A stretch of 9,593 nucleotides of DNA from Octopus sinensis (taxonomy: Eukaryota): contig NW_021827876.1 of NCBI RefSeq assembly GCF_006345805.1, forward strand, positions 1-9,593, read 5' to 3'. The notes beneath the pieces are model-generated. The model saw only the letters and a program-made list of their open reading frames with translations, searched no databases and was not told where the DNA came from. The stretch's first letter is position 1, and the number at the start of each line of letters is the position of its first letter. The translations under genes and the position numbers were made by a program. This document shows positions 7,273 through 9,593 of the stretch, one piece after another.

Positions 7273-7412
7273 CTAAACTGTGCATTGTCGGGGGTCCCAG
7301 ATGAACCTACCTCACGACAGGAGACACAGATGCGGGCAGCGGCATCGAACTCCCTTGTTGACCAAGTGCCACGTATCAGAGGTGGATTCACATATTAGTG
7401 TAGCTCATTCAG

Positions 7413-7474
7413 CGGTGGTGCCCCAGCATGGCCGCGGCCTTCGGGCTAATGCATTTTTAAGGATTTAAGGATTT
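7413..7474 (+). mobile_element. Orphan SINE 3' terminus with (TTTAAGGA)2 tail
   Basis: GGTGGTGCCCCAGCATGGCCGC (7414-7435) matches 8259-8280 at 21/22 nt and is followed by a short tandem tail. Confidence 0.7.
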
Positions 7475-7710
7475 ATCATATTTAAAGTATATACATTATG
7501 GTAAGCCTAACCAATTGCGTTGCTCGTCTTCATATAATGTCCCTCTTTGACGTACAGTCTTAAAAGACACACAGCTATATCAGTAGTAGACGGTGGCATT
7601 ACTAGATGCCTAATTCTGCCTCCTTGGGTTTTATCCCTGGCTGGCAACCACATACTTAGGCAAACTTATTTGTTACTGATACAGTAAATCAGTGAACAAT
7701 TTGAATATGT

Positions 7711-7769
7711 ACATACATACATACATACATACATACATACATACATACATACATACATACATACATACA
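7711..7769. repeat. (ACAT)n microsatellite, ~15 units
   Basis: Read directly. Confidence 0.95.
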
Positions 7770-7897
7770 AACATAGGAAATGTGTGTATCTTTCGGTATA
7801 TCCATAGATATGTCTCTAAGAATTAAAATAGATACGTAGACGCAGAGAAATCCAAGAGGGACGAGGGACCGACGGTAGATAGATAGATAAATTGATA

Positions 7898-8070
7898 GGC
7901 GCAGGAGTGGCTGTGCGGTAAGTAGCTTGCTTACCAACCACATGGTTCTAGGTTCAGTCCCACTGCGTGACACCTAGGGCATATGTCTTCTACTATACAC
8001 TCGAGCCGACCAAAGCCTTGTGAGTGGATTTGTTAGACGGAAACTGAAAGAAGCCCGTCGCATATATGTC

Positions 8071-8101
<31 letters not shown>

Positions 8102-8323
8102 ATATGTTTGTGTGTCTGTGTTTGTCCCTCCAGCATCGCTTGACAACCGATGCTAGTGTGTTTACGTCCCCGTCACTCAGCGGCTCAGCAAAAGAGAACG
8201 ATAGAATAAGTACTAGGCTTACAAGGAATAAGTCCTGGGGTCGATTTGCTCGACTAAAGGTGGTGCTCCAGCATGGCCGCTGTCAAAAGACTGAAACAAG
8301 TAAAAGAATAAAAGAGTAAAAGA
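7898..8323 (+). mobile_element. Full-length composite tRNA-derived SINE (Octopus-type; OK/OR1/OR2 are candidate families, unverified)
   Basis: A-box TGGCTGTGCGG at 7908-7918 and B-box GGTTCAGTCCC at 7951-7961. Then a central domain, an internal (AT)n/(GT)n at ~8062-8120, a module CGATAGAATAAGTAC...CTGGGGTCGATTTGCTCGAC at 8199-8254, and a (TAAAAGA)-type tail at 8301-8323. Confidence 0.92.
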
Positions 8324-8619
8324 GGTAGATAGATAGAAAGAGAGATAGATAGATAGATAGAGAGTGAGTAGGGGTGATAGAAGGCTCGAATGAGTAGTTT
8401 GTATGAGCATTTGTGTGTATATATTGTAATGTGTATGTGTATATAATTACATATGTATGTTATATATATATACATATTATTATATGTATTATAATATATA
8501 TATACATACACACAACATTTATATATAGACATATTATATTATATATATATACTTATATATATACACACACACATACTTATATATAGACATATATATATAC
8601 GCATACATAAATGAATGCA

Positions 8620-8650
<31 letters not shown>

Positions 8651-8820
8651 CATATATATATATATATATATACATACATATATAAACATAAGTATACATA
8701 AATAGATCATATGAATATATACTTATGTCTATGTATATATTCACAATGCATAAATATATGTATATATATGTACATGCATGCATATATACACCCTAACACA
8801 CACACATACACACACACACA
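8324..8820. repeat. (GATA)n followed by degenerate (AT)n/(AC)n/(ATGT)n microsatellites
   Basis: Read directly. Confidence 0.9.
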
Positions 8821-9153
8821 GAGGCAATGTAAGTGGTGGGCTGGGGAGAAGTTGTCGCAAACATTGTTCTATACAGAAGAACTACCTAAAGTTGAAGGAG
8901 TAAGGAATTGTTCTATGAAGCGTTCGCAGAATTTATAATTCTCATTAATCATTTTTTCCAAAACATGCTGTTTCCCGAATGTTCTAAATATCGAATCTTG
9001 GGAATATGGCACAGAAGTCCTGGAACAATGCAGAATTTTGGGGTTTAGCGGTAATGGTTGGTTGGTTGGGGGGGGGGGGAGATGTATGGTAGGGGGTGGG
9101 GGGATACTCTTGTCATTCTTTTCTACGAATAAAGATTTCTCAAACCGATTTCG

Positions 9154-9201
9154 CTTCTCCTTCTTCTTCTTCTTCTTCTTCTACAGATACACGCACACAC
9201 A

Positions 9202-9251
<50 letters not shown>

Positions 9252-9262
9252 TACACACACGC
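9154..9262. repeat. (CTT)n followed by (CA)n microsatellite
   Basis: (CTT)n at 9154-9182 and (CA)n at ~9190-9262, read directly. Confidence 0.93.
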
Positions 9263-9380
9263 ATGTACGCAAACGCTCTCACGCGCGCGAGTAGACACCC
9301 CTCCCCCCTCCTTTCACTACATCTTCCTTGCTTTTCATCCCCACGGCCACCACCGTCTAGAAGAAAATAACTTCAGGCTC

Positions 9381-9593
9381 GCAATCATGATCATGATCAT
9401 CATCATCATCAGCAGCAGCAGCAGCATCATCATCACTAACATTGTGGTCGTTGTCGTAAAAGTCATCATTATGATGATAGTTGGATACTATTGAACAACA
9501 TCATCATCAACATCATAATCTGCATCATCATCACTAATTGCCGTCATCGTCCTCGTCGACACCATCAGTGACGTCATCGTCATCACCATCATC
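9381..9593. repeat. Degenerate (ATC)n/(AGC)n/(GTC)n trinucleotide region running to the window end
   Basis: Read directly. Confidence 0.9.

Noticed and set aside
7335-7375. Minus-strand TGGCACTTGGT ... GAGTTCGATGCC as a Pol III promoter
   Set aside because: Box starts are only ~19 nt apart, too close for a tRNA-type promoter, and no SINE body follows.
7898-7975. SINE heads (also 5912-5997, 1391-1450, 2258-2321) as tRNA genes
   Set aside because: A and B boxes are present, but there is no convincing cloverleaf or acceptor stem, and each continues into SINE body and tail.
4490-9494. YIYI/THTH/CMYV-type ORFs and ORFs overlapping SINEs or the AAT-tailed repeat
   Set aside because: They are translations of microsatellites and non-coding repeats, with no recognisable domains.
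363-9593. Complementarity between the left (GAT/GGT)n block and the right (ATC/ACC)n block as a giant inverted repeat
   Set aside because: Only simple-repeat complementarity ~8.5 kb apart, with no shared unique sequence. Expected by chance in such a genome.

Overview
Repeat-dense, AT-rich eukaryotic non-coding DNA (intergenic or intronic). I see no intact protein-coding gene, RNA gene, CRISPR array or prokaryotic feature. It is most likely an octopus or other coleoid cephalopod genome; this is an inference from the very high microsatellite load and from tRNA-derived SINEs that match my recollection of Octopus repeats, unchecked against a database. Contents: (i) a 5'-truncated, frameshift-free RTE-clade LINE ORF2 remnant with in-frame stops (1494-2099), flanked by two divergently oriented copies of one tRNA-SINE family; (ii) a degenerate ~33-bp satellite with a ~101-bp three-monomer higher-order repeat (3384-4065); (iii) a nested retroelement cluster (5479-6960) made of three copies of an (AAT)n-tailed non-coding repeat and a partly dimeric SINE with a Nin/Deu-like domain, two of the copies forming a close inverted repeat; (iv) a full-length composite SINE inside a (GATA)n tract (7898-8323); (v) many di-, tri- and tetranucleotide repeats, which explain almost all listed ORFs. 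I found no convincing novel biological system. The best leads concern retroelement biology (nesting, microsatellite targeting, SINE module sharing, possible dsRNA substrates for ADAR), the satellite higher-order repeat, and a weak candidate minus-strand spliced transcript. Identities are from manual alignment and are approximate.
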